Part shown: in pieces, positions 15,993-24,770 of the stretch | How positions within the stretch are numbered: position 1 is the stretch's first letter | Layout of the letters: the number at the start of each line of letters is the position of its first letter | DNA from: Bdellovibrionota bacterium | GTDB lineage: Bacteria > Bdellovibrionota > UBA2428 | Reading direction: 5' to 3' | Length of the DNA stretch: 64,000 nucleotides | Assembly (NCBI GenBank): GCA_035539375.1 | Contig: DATLIP010000099.1 | Location: forward strand, 1,394 to 65,393 | Notes under the pieces: model-generated | Seen by the model: the letters and a program-made list of their open reading frames with translations, nothing else | What the model was told of the DNA's origin: nothing | Databases searched by the model: none | Position numbers and translations under genes: made by a program

Positions 15993-17411
15993 CTAACGCC
16001 GCCATCCGTCTTCGGAACTTTGCATCAGGGCGAGCATGCCGAGCCACTCTTCGGCACCGTGCGAAGGCTCGAGCACCTGAAGTGCGCACCACACGCGGGT
16101 TTTGAGTTCACGATTGCGCGGAGAGGTTTCGGCAAAAATCGAGTGTGTGGCAAGTGACTCGCGATCGCGTGTGAGGCGCTCGGCGTAGGGCTCGCGGCAC
16201 TCGAGCAGATGCTGATGAAGCAGTGGGGCGGGAGCGTCGAGCCGCTGGGCGACTTGCGCGGAGAGAGGCAGCGTCGCACCACTTCTTTTGTCGACAAAAA
16301 GTTTCAGTCCGAGGCGATCCCAAATGGGACCCGAAAGTCGATTGCGGTATGCTAGACGTACCGTCTCGCTGCAGCGGCATTTGCTGAAATCTTCGCCAAT
16401 GGAATAGCCGCAGGGACAGGGGTTTGAAGTTGCGATGAACCAAAAATTTGCGGGCCACACCACATTGCCCGCTCGCGAAAAGCGCATGAAGGTTTTCTCG
16501 TCGAGAATGAAGCGCAAAATCTCTCGGCAGTCCTTGGAGAGCTCGGTGAATTCGTCCACGAGTAGGGTGCCGCGGTGGGAGAGCGAAAAGTAGCCAGGAC
16601 GCGTGGCGCCGAGCGAAGCGGTGCCGGTGAATTCGCTCAAATGCGCGCGCGGTTGCGGTGTCACAAGGGGGTTGCGGCTGGGCAGACTCATGCCGGCGAG
16701 CGACCAAATCTGCTGCAGCTCTTCGAGCTCAGTCCCCGGAGGCGCCGGCACCTTGGTGCTCGCGGCCCAGCGCGCCAGGTGACTCTTGCCCACGCCCGGC
16801 GGCCCCATGAGCAGCACCGGCACTTCGGCGAGCGAAGCGGCGAGCAGTAGCAGTCGCTCCCATTGCCGTTCTTTGACAAGCGGAGTGGGGGTGAGGGTCT
16901 CTGGCGGCGGGGAAGCTGCGTCGCTGCGCGTGGGCAGAGTTTCGGGATTGAGCAGCCACAACCACAAGTCTTCGAGATGTCGCATGCGCTGGGGGCCGAT
17001 GGCGTTCTCGTTGGCAGCTTCTACCATCGAAGAGATAGGCGTCGGCACCAGCGAACCGTCGAGGCTCAGTGCGCCGACAAAGACATGCTCCCGCAGCACT
17101 TGCTGTGTTGCCTCGCTCAGCAGATCGGGGTGACAGAGCACCATGCAGGCCACCGCGATAGGCACTTCGAGGTGAGCGCCGGATTTGTTCACTTCGGGCG
17201 GCATCAAGTGTATCAGCAGCCGCTCTACGGGGGACCAGGGCACGAAATCCTGTATCACCTGTGCGATTTTTTCGCGCGAGTCGCGCAGCCCGGTGTCGGC
17301 CAGGCCTGTGAGGTGCAGCTGCTTGAGCCCGCGGGTTTTGATGCCTTCGATTCGAATTTCTTTTTGTTCAAGTCCGTGAATTTGGGCCGATTTGATGGAA
17401 ATCATGTTCAT
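15993..17411 (-). CDS. comM: YifB/ComM family Mg-chelatase-like ATPase
   Basis: A Lon-like N-domain, Walker A LLMGPPGVGKSHLA, Walker B LLVDEF and the Cys cluster NPCPCGY...CRC are typical of ComM/YifB. Confidence 0.9.
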   Translation of the reverse strand: MNMISIKSAQIHGLEQKEIRIEGIKTRGLKQLHLTGLADTGLRDSREKIAQVIQDFVPWSPVERLLIHLMPPEVNKSGAHLEVPIAVACMVLCHPDLLSEATQQVLREHVFVGALSLDGSLVPTPISSMVEAANENAIGPQRMRHLEDLWLWLLNPETLPTRSDAASPPPETLTPTPLVKERQWERLLLLAASLAEVPVLLMGPPGVGKSHLARWAASTKVPAPPGTELEELQQIWSLAGMSLPSRNPLVTPQPRAHLSEFTGTASLGATRPGYFSLSHRGTLLVDEFTELSKDCREILRFILDEKTFMRFSRAGNVVWPANFWFIATSNPCPCGYSIGEDFSKCRCSETVRLAYRNRLSGPIWDRLGLKLFVDKRSGATLPLSAQVAQRLDAPAPLLHQHLLECREPYAERLTRDRESLATHSIFAETSPRNRELKTRVWCALQVLEPSHGAEEWLGMLALMQSSEDGWRR

Positions 17412-17435
17412 AGGATCAGGGCCCTTACAAGATTC

Positions 17436-18323
17436 ATGCCTGCTGCTAAGCTAGAGCGCATGTTAGAACTCTCGAAATGGAATTCGCAGACGGACGCGCG
17501 CTTTGGCTCTCGCCGCGTGTGGGCCTTCGATCTCGACGACACTTTGACCCACGAAGGGGTCGTGCCTTCCGAAATCTTTGCGGCGCTCGAAAAGTTGCAA
17601 GAGCTGGGGCACCACACGGTGATGGTTAGCGGGCGTCCCACGTCTTGGGCGCAGCCCTTTACCAAAGTTTTGCCCTTTGATGCGGTTGTCGCCGAAAACG
17701 GGGCCGCACTTTGTTTTTGGCCCGGCGGCAAGCTCGCCCGTCGCAGCGGCGAAGAGCCGCGCTCGCTCTTTTGGACTCCCACGGCCTACGTGAATTACGA
17801 GGAGTACCTCAAATCTGCGCCGGCCTCTGAGCGCGCGCGCCGCATGCGCGAAGTGGAGCGCGAGGTCTTCGCCAAATTTCCGAAGATGACGCTAGCCTCA
17901 GATCAAGCCTTTCGCATTTTTGATCTCGCGATCGACTTTGCTGAATCCGTCACGCCACCCCGGCCCCTTGCCGAAGCTCAGGCGGTGAAAAAGATTTTCG
18001 AATCGCACGGCGCGGTGGCCAAGGTCTCTAGCATCCACGTCAATGGCTGGTGGGGAGATTTCGACAAATCGCTAGGCTTGCGCACGCTCTTCGCGAACGT
18101 GCGTTGGCCGCTGGGTCTCGACACCACGATTTACTTTGGCGACTCGCCCAACGATGCGCCGCTCTTTGCCTTCGCTCCGGTGTCCGTGGGGGTGGCCAAT
18201 TTGCAAATCTTTGCGGACGATCAGAGCTGGCAGCGTCCGAGCTTCATCACTCGCGGAAGGTCGGCGCACGGTGTTTTGGAAGCGATGGCCCACTACTTAT
18301 CTGCTAAAGAGGAGACGCTATGA
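17436..18323 (+). CDS. HAD-IIB family hydrolase
   Basis: Motif I is WAFDLDDTLTHEG. Also present are VSGRP and a C-terminal FGDSPNDAPLF. The N-terminal 191 codons of ORF 16863-18323 are antisense to comM and were discarded. Confidence 0.75.
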   Translation: MPAAKLERMLELSKWNSQTDARFGSRRVWAFDLDDTLTHEGVVPSEIFAALEKLQELGHHTVMVSGRPTSWAQPFTKVLPFDAVVAENGAALCFWPGGKLARRSGEEPRSLFWTPTAYVNYEEYLKSAPASERARRMREVEREVFAKFPKMTLASDQAFRIFDLAIDFAESVTPPRPLAEAQAVKKIFESHGAVAKVSSIHVNGWWGDFDKSLGLRTLFANVRWPLGLDTTIYFGDSPNDAPLFAFAPVSVGVANLQIFADDQSWQRPSFITRGRSAHGVLEAMAHYLSAKEETL

Positions 18324-19567
18324 GTGAATCTTTAACCCTTCCGTCGCTGCGCCAAGTGCCTCCGACCCCCTTTTATGTGTATTCAGAGTCCAACCTCAAC
18401 GCCATGGTACGCAAGATTCGCGGCGCTTTGCCGGCGGGCGTGGATGTGCACTTTGCCCTCAAGTCCAATCACAACCCGCGTGTGCTTCAGCTTTACCGAG
18501 AGCAGGGCTTTGGCATCGATATCGTCAGCGGTGGTGAGCTGCGCTACGCATTGGCGCAATCGTTTCGCCCCGAGCAAATTGTCTTTTCGGGCGTCGGCAA
18601 GAGTCTGCCCGAGCTAGAGCTGGCGATAGAAAGTGGCGTCGGACTTATCAACATCGAATCCGAGTTTGAGCTGCACGACGTTGTGGCCGTGGCTCGTCGC
18701 CTTGGCAAGCGCGCCCGTGTGGGGTTTCGCCTCAATCCCGACGTCGACGCCAAAACACATCCTTACATCGCCACAGGTCTGCGCGCGCACAAGTTCGGTA
18801 TCTCCTTTGAAGACTCACGTCAGATACTTGCGGGTCTCGCGGATCTTGCCGACGCTGTGGAGCTTTGCGGTCTCAGCATGCACATCGGCTCGCAGATTCG
18901 CGACCTCTCGGCGATTCGCGAAGCGGCGTTCAAGTTGCTCGGAGAGGCGAAGCCCTGGTGTGCACGTTATCCGAGCCTCAAGGTGCTCGACTTGGGCGGT
19001 GGCCTGGGCATCTCTTATGAAAATCCCACGGAGATGGCCGATTTTGCCAGCTACGCCGCCATTTTGTCTGAAGTGCGCACCGAGTGGTGTGCCGTGGCCG
19101 GCACTGAGGCGCGCTTGGCACTTGAACTCGGCCGTTCATTGGTGGCGGGAGCCGGCTTTCTCTTTACGCGCGTGCTCGGCATCAAGAGCAATCGCGGTAC
19201 GAATTTTTGCGTTGTGGACGCTTCGATGACCGAGTTGATGCGTCCGGCGCTCTACCAGGCCCATCATGAAATCTTGCCGCACGGAGCGTCCAAGCAGGGG
19301 AACGCCAAAGTTTTCGACATCGTGGGTCCGGTTTGTGAGAGCTCCGACGTGCTCGGGCGTGAGCGCCGCTTGCCCGAAGCTCTCGCCGTGGGCGATGTGC
19401 TTGTGATCTGCTCGGCCGGGGCTTACGGTTATGTGCTCTCGAGCGTTTACAACATGCGCCGTTTGCCAGCGGAATATTGGCTCGATGAGCGCGGAAATTT
19501 GCATCAGGTCCGTCGCGCTATGGAATGGGACGAGTTAAATGGTATGCTAACGGTGATCACACCTTAG
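18320..19567 (+). CDS. lysA: Diaminopimelate decarboxylase
   Basis: FYVYSE..., the PLP-lysine region HFALKSNHN, DIVSGGEL, HIGSQ, LDLGGGLG and the C-terminal CESSD/GAYG motifs are present. The ATGA start overlaps the upstream HAD gene. Confidence 0.92.
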   Translation: MSESLTLPSLRQVPPTPFYVYSESNLNAMVRKIRGALPAGVDVHFALKSNHNPRVLQLYREQGFGIDIVSGGELRYALAQSFRPEQIVFSGVGKSLPELELAIESGVGLINIESEFELHDVVAVARRLGKRARVGFRLNPDVDAKTHPYIATGLRAHKFGISFEDSRQILAGLADLADAVELCGLSMHIGSQIRDLSAIREAAFKLLGEAKPWCARYPSLKVLDLGGGLGISYENPTEMADFASYAAILSEVRTEWCAVAGTEARLALELGRSLVAGAGFLFTRVLGIKSNRGTNFCVVDASMTELMRPALYQAHHEILPHGASKQGNAKVFDIVGPVCESSDVLGRERRLPEALAVGDVLVICSAGAYGYVLSSVYNMRRLPAEYWLDERGNLHQVRRAMEWDELNGMLTVITP

Positions 19568-19578
19568 GAGGTTAAATT

Positions 19579-20055
19579 ATGAGACTTAAGAATATTTTTA
19601 TGCTAGTTATGATCGCCCCTTTGGGGATGAGCGCTTGTAAGAAATCTGACGAAGCTGCCACTGGTGGAGCCGAAGCTCCCGCGGCCGTTTCGAGCGCTCA
19701 GACAGGAGCACAGATGGAAAAAGAAGGCGTTATTATCGAAGAAAAACTCGTGGGTAGCGGTGACCTGGCTACCGCCGGCCAAAACGTGACCGTGCACTAT
19801 ACAGGCACGCTCAAAGAGGGCGGCAAAAAGTTCGACTCGTCGGTAGATCGCGGTCAGCCTTTTTCTTTTGTGCTCGGCTCGGGCATGGTGATCCGCGGCT
19901 GGGACGTGGGCGTTGAGGGTATGAAAGTTGGCGGCAAACGCGTGCTGACCATTCCCCCCGAAAAAGCTTATGGTGACCAAGCCGTTGGCAATGGTCTGAT
20001 CCCTGCTCGTTCGACCCTTGTATTTGAAGTCGAACTTCTTAAAGTAGGAGCCTAA
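19579..20055 (+). CDS. FKBP-type peptidyl-prolyl cis-trans isomerase, lipoprotein/secreted
   Basis: VTVHYTGTLKEGGKKFDSSVDRGQPFSFVLGSGMVIRGWDVGVEGMKVGGKRVLTIPPEKAYG is a canonical FKBP domain. The signal ends in MSAC. Strong SD TAGGAGG. Confidence 0.92.
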   Translation: MRLKNIFMLVMIAPLGMSACKKSDEAATGGAEAPAAVSSAQTGAQMEKEGVIIEEKLVGSGDLATAGQNVTVHYTGTLKEGGKKFDSSVDRGQPFSFVLGSGMVIRGWDVGVEGMKVGGKRVLTIPPEKAYGDQAVGNGLIPARSTLVFEVELLKVGA

Positions 20056-20063
20056 AGATTCCG

Positions 20064-20912
20064 ATGACCGTCAAAACGCTGATCGTCTCGGATCTCGACG
20101 GCACGCTGATGCGCGACGATGGTCAAGTTTCTGAGTATTCCAAATCGGTGATCCGACGCCTCTTGGCGGAGGGTCACCTCTTCACAGTGGCGAGCGCTCG
20201 CTCGCTCGTGTCCATTCGCCGCATTTTTTCGGATCTGGACATCCAGCTGCCCGTGGTTTCCTACAACGGTGCGGTGATCACGCATCTCAAAAGTTCCGAT
20301 TACGAATCCGTCAGCGCGCTCGACGTCAGCGTCTTTCGCGAATTGATTCGGATCATCGACGATATGGGCCTTGAGCCCTTCGTTTCGACCTACTCGCGCG
20401 GTGCAGAACACCGGTATTTCCGTAAGATTCGTAACGAAGGCATGAACTATGTCATGCACGACCTTGTAGAAAATCGCGATCGTCGACTCGTGCAGGTCGA
20501 GGACTTTGCTCAGGCGATGCAAGAGCCGCTGCTCGAGGTCAACGTCATCGGCACGGCCGTTGAGGCCGAGGCGTTTTACAATCGTCTGCAACGCGAGATC
20601 GGCCAGCGCGTGGGCTACGTACGTTTTGAATCGCGCTACCAGCCGGGCTCGCACTGGGTTTCGCTCGCCTCACCCATGGTCTCCAAGGCTTTCGGCTGTG
20701 AAAAGCTCGTGCTCGAACTCGGACTCAAGGCCGAGAACCTTTTGGTTTTTGGCGATGAGGACAACGACAAAAAGATGTTCGAATACGCAGGTCACGCGGT
20801 GGCCACGGCGAACGCCATCTTGCCCGTCAAAGCGCTCGCAAGCGAAGTCATCGGTCACTGCAACGAAGACGCGGTGGCACGTTATCTCGCCAAACGTTTT
20901 CTCGGCGAGTAG
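20064..20912 (+). CDS. Cof-type HAD-IIB phosphatase
   Basis: Motif I VSDLDGTLM and the C-terminal FGDEDNDKKMFEYAG are present, with Cof-like length. Confidence 0.8.
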   Translation: MTVKTLIVSDLDGTLMRDDGQVSEYSKSVIRRLLAEGHLFTVASARSLVSIRRIFSDLDIQLPVVSYNGAVITHLKSSDYESVSALDVSVFRELIRIIDDMGLEPFVSTYSRGAEHRYFRKIRNEGMNYVMHDLVENRDRRLVQVEDFAQAMQEPLLEVNVIGTAVEAEAFYNRLQREIGQRVGYVRFESRYQPGSHWVSLASPMVSKAFGCEKLVLELGLKAENLLVFGDEDNDKKMFEYAGHAVATANAILPVKALASEVIGHCNEDAVARYLAKRFLGE

Positions 20913-20915
20913 AGA

Positions 20916-21905
20916 TCATCCCGAACTTTGAATCCAGCGCAGCAGCTCATCGCGGTTGCTTGCCAAAAATCGGTGTGGATTGGTGCCGTCGCTCGACTGC
21001 GCCATGGCCTGCACAAATGATTTCCAGGCGTCCAGTGGCATGCCGGGGTCGAGTTGTGTGCGGTAGGTGCGGATCGTAAACAAAAAGGCCTTCTCCGCTG
21101 CAAAACCCACCGTGCACTGCCGCTCGAATCTCAGGTAGAGGTGCGCGTTGTCGCGGTGGTGAAAGGGCACGTGACGCTTTTCTTCGGGGATCTCGGGGTG
21201 GCGGTTGAGCTGCGCTGAGGTGCGAAAGTTCACCGCGCCGATGCGCTCCATGACTGCGGGAGACTCCACAATGGCGCGCAAAATTTTGGCCGTGTCGCGG
21301 ATGATGGTTTCGATGCGCGGCACGCGTGCATGGATGGCGTCAAAGCTCTTGCCAATGGCCCACTCGGCCGACCAACCATTGGCGTGGCAGAGGTGCACCT
21401 GTTGGCACTCGTCCTGAGAGTAGTCATCCGCACAGCCCTGCACCACGAGATCTTCGGGCACCTGCATCGCCAGAGCATCGAAAAGATCCACGGCTTCTAC
21501 GGCAAAAGAATTCAGCTGGGAGCGCGTGCGGTCGAGATCGCCTTCGGCGCTCGCTGCGATCACGTCGCCCGTATGTTTGGCGTGCAAAGACGGGCCAGAG
21601 GGGGATTGCGAGAGCGCAAATAAGTCTGGGTATTCGGCGGCGAGCTCGTTCATGATCCATAGCGAAATGGCGCGGGGCGGCCGCGCTGCGTGGCTCTGGT
21701 AGTACTTGCCGAGGCGTTCGACGCGACAGAGCCGCTTATTTTCAAGGCACTCTTGCCAATCGGTACCCATTTGGAAGATCTTATTTCTCGCGTCCTGTCG
21801 ATCCGTCGGCAGTCGGCGCAAGCCGATTTGAGAGGGAGAGAGGCCATGACGAATGGGAAAGTAGTCCAAAAAGTCCGTGTTAAGCCGCTCGGTCATTCGT
21901 CGCAT
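20916..21905 (-). CDS. DUF3445 (heme-dependent oxidative N-demethylase alpha-like) family protein
   Basis: VHLCHANGWSAEWAIGKSFDAIHARVP matches the conserved LCFPS.W...K.G.....IH.PVP block of DUF3445. The start is uncertain (ATG 21905 or 21896). Confidence 0.6.
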   Translation of the reverse strand: MRRMTERLNTDFLDYFPIRHGLSPSQIGLRRLPTDRQDARNKIFQMGTDWQECLENKRLCRVERLGKYYQSHAARPPRAISLWIMNELAAEYPDLFALSQSPSGPSLHAKHTGDVIAASAEGDLDRTRSQLNSFAVEAVDLFDALAMQVPEDLVVQGCADDYSQDECQQVHLCHANGWSAEWAIGKSFDAIHARVPRIETIIRDTAKILRAIVESPAVMERIGAVNFRTSAQLNRHPEIPEEKRHVPFHHRDNAHLYLRFERQCTVGFAAEKAFLFTIRTYRTQLDPGMPLDAWKSFVQAMAQSSDGTNPHRFLASNRDELLRWIQSSG

Positions 21906-22691
21906 TCTACACCAATTGTTTTCGTCGGGGCAGGGAACTTGGGCGGCGCGGTGATCAAGGCGCTTGTCGCCAAACGCGTATACGCCAAATCCAAAATCCT
22001 CGTGATCACCGCGAGCCAAGCTTCTGCAGCGCGCTGGCGCCGCTGGGGCGTGCGCGCCGTGGCCGGTGATTATTCGGCCCTTGCGAGCGCCCGCGAGGTG
22101 TGGCTCGCGGTGAAGCCCGCCCAAATTCGCGAGCTCGCCCCCTCGCTTAAAATCAAAAGCGGCGCCCGTGTGATTTCGCTGTTGGCGGGGTGGACGCCGT
22201 CTGCTTTGGCCAAAGTTCTAAAACAAAACTCCGTCGTGATCACTGTGATGACCAACACCGCGGCTCGTGCCAATGCGGGGCTCTACGCCGTGTTTTACGC
22301 GAAAGCTTTGGCTCCGTCTTTTCGTGCCGAGCTCTCGCGGTTGTTCGCCAAACTCGGGCATTTTTGCGGATTCTACGGCGAAGCTCAAATGCCCGAAGTG
22401 ACCGCTCTTGTGGGGTCTGCACCAGCCTTTTTGCTGCATCTGCAGCGTGAGTACGAAAGTTTCGCCGCGCAGAGTGGCGTGACGCCCAAGGTGGCTCGCG
22501 CCTGGTGGGCGGCGCTGGGTCGTGCCAACGAAGCTCTCGTTACTGAGCAGCCGGATTTGGCGCAATTGATGCGCGAGATCGCCACGCCTGGGGGCTGCAC
22601 CGAACGCGGCCTTTCGGCCCTCGACAAGTTTACGGCTCTCGAGCGCGCTCTAGGTGACTGTGCGGTGCGAGCCAAGGAGATGGGTACATGA
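21846..22691 (+). CDS. proC: Pyrroline-5-carboxylate reductase
   Basis: Rossmann motif IVFVGAGNLGGA, then VKPQ-like LAVKPAQ, VMTNTAA, SAPAF and ATPGGCTERG are present. The only in-frame ATG/GTG/TTG upstream of the Rossmann motif is 21846, which overlaps the divergent gene's 5' end. Confidence 0.85.
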   Translation: MTNGKVVQKVRVKPLGHSSHSTPIVFVGAGNLGGAVIKALVAKRVYAKSKILVITASQASAARWRRWGVRAVAGDYSALASAREVWLAVKPAQIRELAPSLKIKSGARVISLLAGWTPSALAKVLKQNSVVITVMTNTAARANAGLYAVFYAKALAPSFRAELSRLFAKLGHFCGFYGEAQMPEVTALVGSAPAFLLHLQREYESFAAQSGVTPKVARAWWAALGRANEALVTEQPDLAQLMREIATPGGCTERGLSALDKFTALERALGDCAVRAKEMGT

Positions 22692-23506
22692 TTCGATTTT
22701 TGCGATCCGCTTTGTCGGTGCTTGTGCTCGCTCTTTCTTTTGGCACTCTCAATGTTTTTCAAATCTTTAGCCTTTTGATCGGAATCTTCTCCAAGCCCGC
22801 AATGCGCAGATTTCGTTTTTATCTCGCCGAGCTCTGCTCAGACGTTTGCATTTGGTGGCTTGTGCGTGTTTACGGGATGCGCCCGAAATTCCACTTTGAT
22901 CACCTGCCACCGGGAGAGAATGCCCTGCTCATCGCCAACCATCAGGTCTTCGCTGACGTGTGCGTTCTGATGCACTTTGGCTCGATCTTTCGCCGTGTGG
23001 GCGACCTGAAGTTTTTTGCCAAAGATTCGCTGCGCTGGCTGCCTGGGCCGGGCTGGAGTCTGTGGTTTTACGATTCGATTTTTTTAAAGCGCAATTGGGA
23101 TTCCGATACGAGCCGCATTGAAAAGACCTTTGCGCACATCAAGAACAACGATTTGCCCTTTTGGATTGTCTCCTTTCCCGAGGGCACTCGGGCAACGCCT
23201 GCCAAGTTGGCAGCTTCGACGCGTTATATGCAGACCCTCGGCATCGAGCCCCTGCGCCACCATCTGTGCCCACGCACCAAAGGCGTGTGGGCCACGCTCG
23301 ACCAGCTTCGGGGGCGCGTGGAAGCCGTTTACGATCTGACTATCGATTATCATTTGCCCAAGGCCCCCAGCTTGTGGAGTTTTATCTCGGGCACACTCCC
23401 TAACTATTCGCTAACGGTGAAGCGTTATCCTATCTCGGAAGTGCCAAGCGAGCCCGAGGCTCAGAAGCAATGGCTCATCGATCGTTTCCGTGAAAAAGAG
23501 TCTTGA
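22688..23506 (+). CDS. Lysophospholipid (1-acyl-sn-glycerol-3-phosphate) acyltransferase family protein
   Basis: HX4D motif NHQVFAD, FPEGTR, and a C-terminal extension resembling the eukaryote-type Acyltransf_C region. The ATGA start overlaps proC. Confidence 0.8.
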   Translation: MIRFLRSALSVLVLALSFGTLNVFQIFSLLIGIFSKPAMRRFRFYLAELCSDVCIWWLVRVYGMRPKFHFDHLPPGENALLIANHQVFADVCVLMHFGSIFRRVGDLKFFAKDSLRWLPGPGWSLWFYDSIFLKRNWDSDTSRIEKTFAHIKNNDLPFWIVSFPEGTRATPAKLAASTRYMQTLGIEPLRHHLCPRTKGVWATLDQLRGRVEAVYDLTIDYHLPKAPSLWSFISGTLPNYSLTVKRYPISEVPSEPEAQKQWLIDRFREKES

Positions 23507-23546
23507 CCAGATTCGAATAAAAGCCAGACGTGTTATTCTCGACGGG

Positions 23547-24770
23547 ATGAAGAGTTTTGCGACGCACGCCGTGTTGTTGTCCACCATCTTTTCGGCGAGT
23601 GCCGCTCGGGCTCTCGAGATGAGTTACAAAGACGCCGAGACTCGGATGCTCACGCAGAGTTTCGAACTCAAACAAAAAATCCAGGAAGTCGAGATTTCTG
23701 AGGCCAATCTCAAGCTGGCCTACGCCGCACGCTTGCCCACGGTCTCAGCGAATTGGACTCATCAAAAGCGCGGTGAAGAGAGCTGGTCGAGTGGTTATTC
23801 GCTCGACGCGGAGATGTCGCTCTTCGCCGGTGGAGCCGAATACGCCACGATTGCGGCGCTCAAAGCGCGTCGACGCGCTTCGGAATTGGCGCTCGAAGAT
23901 TATAAAGATACCCTGCGTGTGCGCCTTGCGGGCATCATGCTTGCAGGCTCACTCGCCACCGGAAAAATCGAAATCCTCAAGAAAACGCAAAAGACCATCG
24001 ACAACCGCGTCAACGAACAGCGTCGTCGTCTGCGTCTGGGACAAGTGCGCGAGCCCGATCTGCTGCAAACCGAAATGGAATCGCTGCGGCTCGGACGCAG
24101 CACCATCAGTTTAGAACAAGAGCTGCTCCAGGCGGGATCAGATCTCAAGAGCCTTCTCGGCATGGCTTCGGATGAAGCGGTGGTTTTTGCGCCGCTCGAA
24201 AAGCTCGCCTCCGAAATCACCGCGCAGCTCAAACCGCGCGCCGAGTATCGCCTTGAAGCGTTGCGCCAAGAACACCGCGGGCTCGAGTACGACGCTCGCA
24301 GCACGTGGCGCTCGCACTTGCCCACAGTGGGTGCCTTTGCGGGTTATGGCAATGCGGGCTCTTCTGGAGCTACAGGGCGCGATGCGGAATTTGGCATGGG
24401 CCTGCGCGCCCAGTGGGTTTTCTTTCAGGGCTTTGCTCTGCCGGCTGAGATGCGCCGGGCGAATGCGCAGTCGCGTGTGCTAGAAGAGCAAATCAAACAG
24501 GCCACGCTCGACCGCGAAATCCAAACCGAACTCAAGCGTTCCGAGATCAAAACGTTCGTCGATCGTCACGATTCTGTGAAACGAGCCAGCGAAATGGCTC
24601 GCAAAGCCTTTCAGGTACAGCAAACGGATTACCGTCGCGGCATTGTCACCGAACTCGAAGTGCTCTCGAGCATCCAAAACTATTTGGAATTACAAACCGA
24701 AGACATCGATCTCGTGAACCAAATCACGCGCGCTCGCGTCAGCGGGCTGGAACTGGGAGCTAAGCTATGA
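23547..24770 (+). CDS. TolC-family outer-membrane efflux protein
   Basis: Signal MKSFATHAVLLSTIFSASAARA. Two internally repeated coiled-coil/beta halves are typical of OEP family proteins. Confidence 0.8.
   Translation: MKSFATHAVLLSTIFSASAARALEMSYKDAETRMLTQSFELKQKIQEVEISEANLKLAYAARLPTVSANWTHQKRGEESWSSGYSLDAEMSLFAGGAEYATIAALKARRRASELALEDYKDTLRVRLAGIMLAGSLATGKIEILKKTQKTIDNRVNEQRRRLRLGQVREPDLLQTEMESLRLGRSTISLEQELLQAGSDLKSLLGMASDEAVVFAPLEKLASEITAQLKPRAEYRLEALRQEHRGLEYDARSTWRSHLPTVGAFAGYGNAGSSGATGRDAEFGMGLRAQWVFFQGFALPAEMRRANAQSRVLEEQIKQATLDREIQTELKRSEIKTFVDRHDSVKRASEMARKAFQVQQTDYRRGIVTELEVLSSIQNYLELQTEDIDLVNQITRARVSGLELGAKL

Noticed and set aside
16863-17435. N-terminal extensions of ORF-track entries. 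These are 16863-17435 of the HAD gene, 31936-32589 of fbpC, 34140-34469 of crtO, 42346-42732 of the GT31-like gene, 15991-16092 of comF, and similar shorter cases.
   Set aside because: The extensions overlap neighbouring well-supported genes and translate to Arg/Ala/Pro-rich nonsense. Good internal ATG starts exist, with SD sequences or stop-start coupling.
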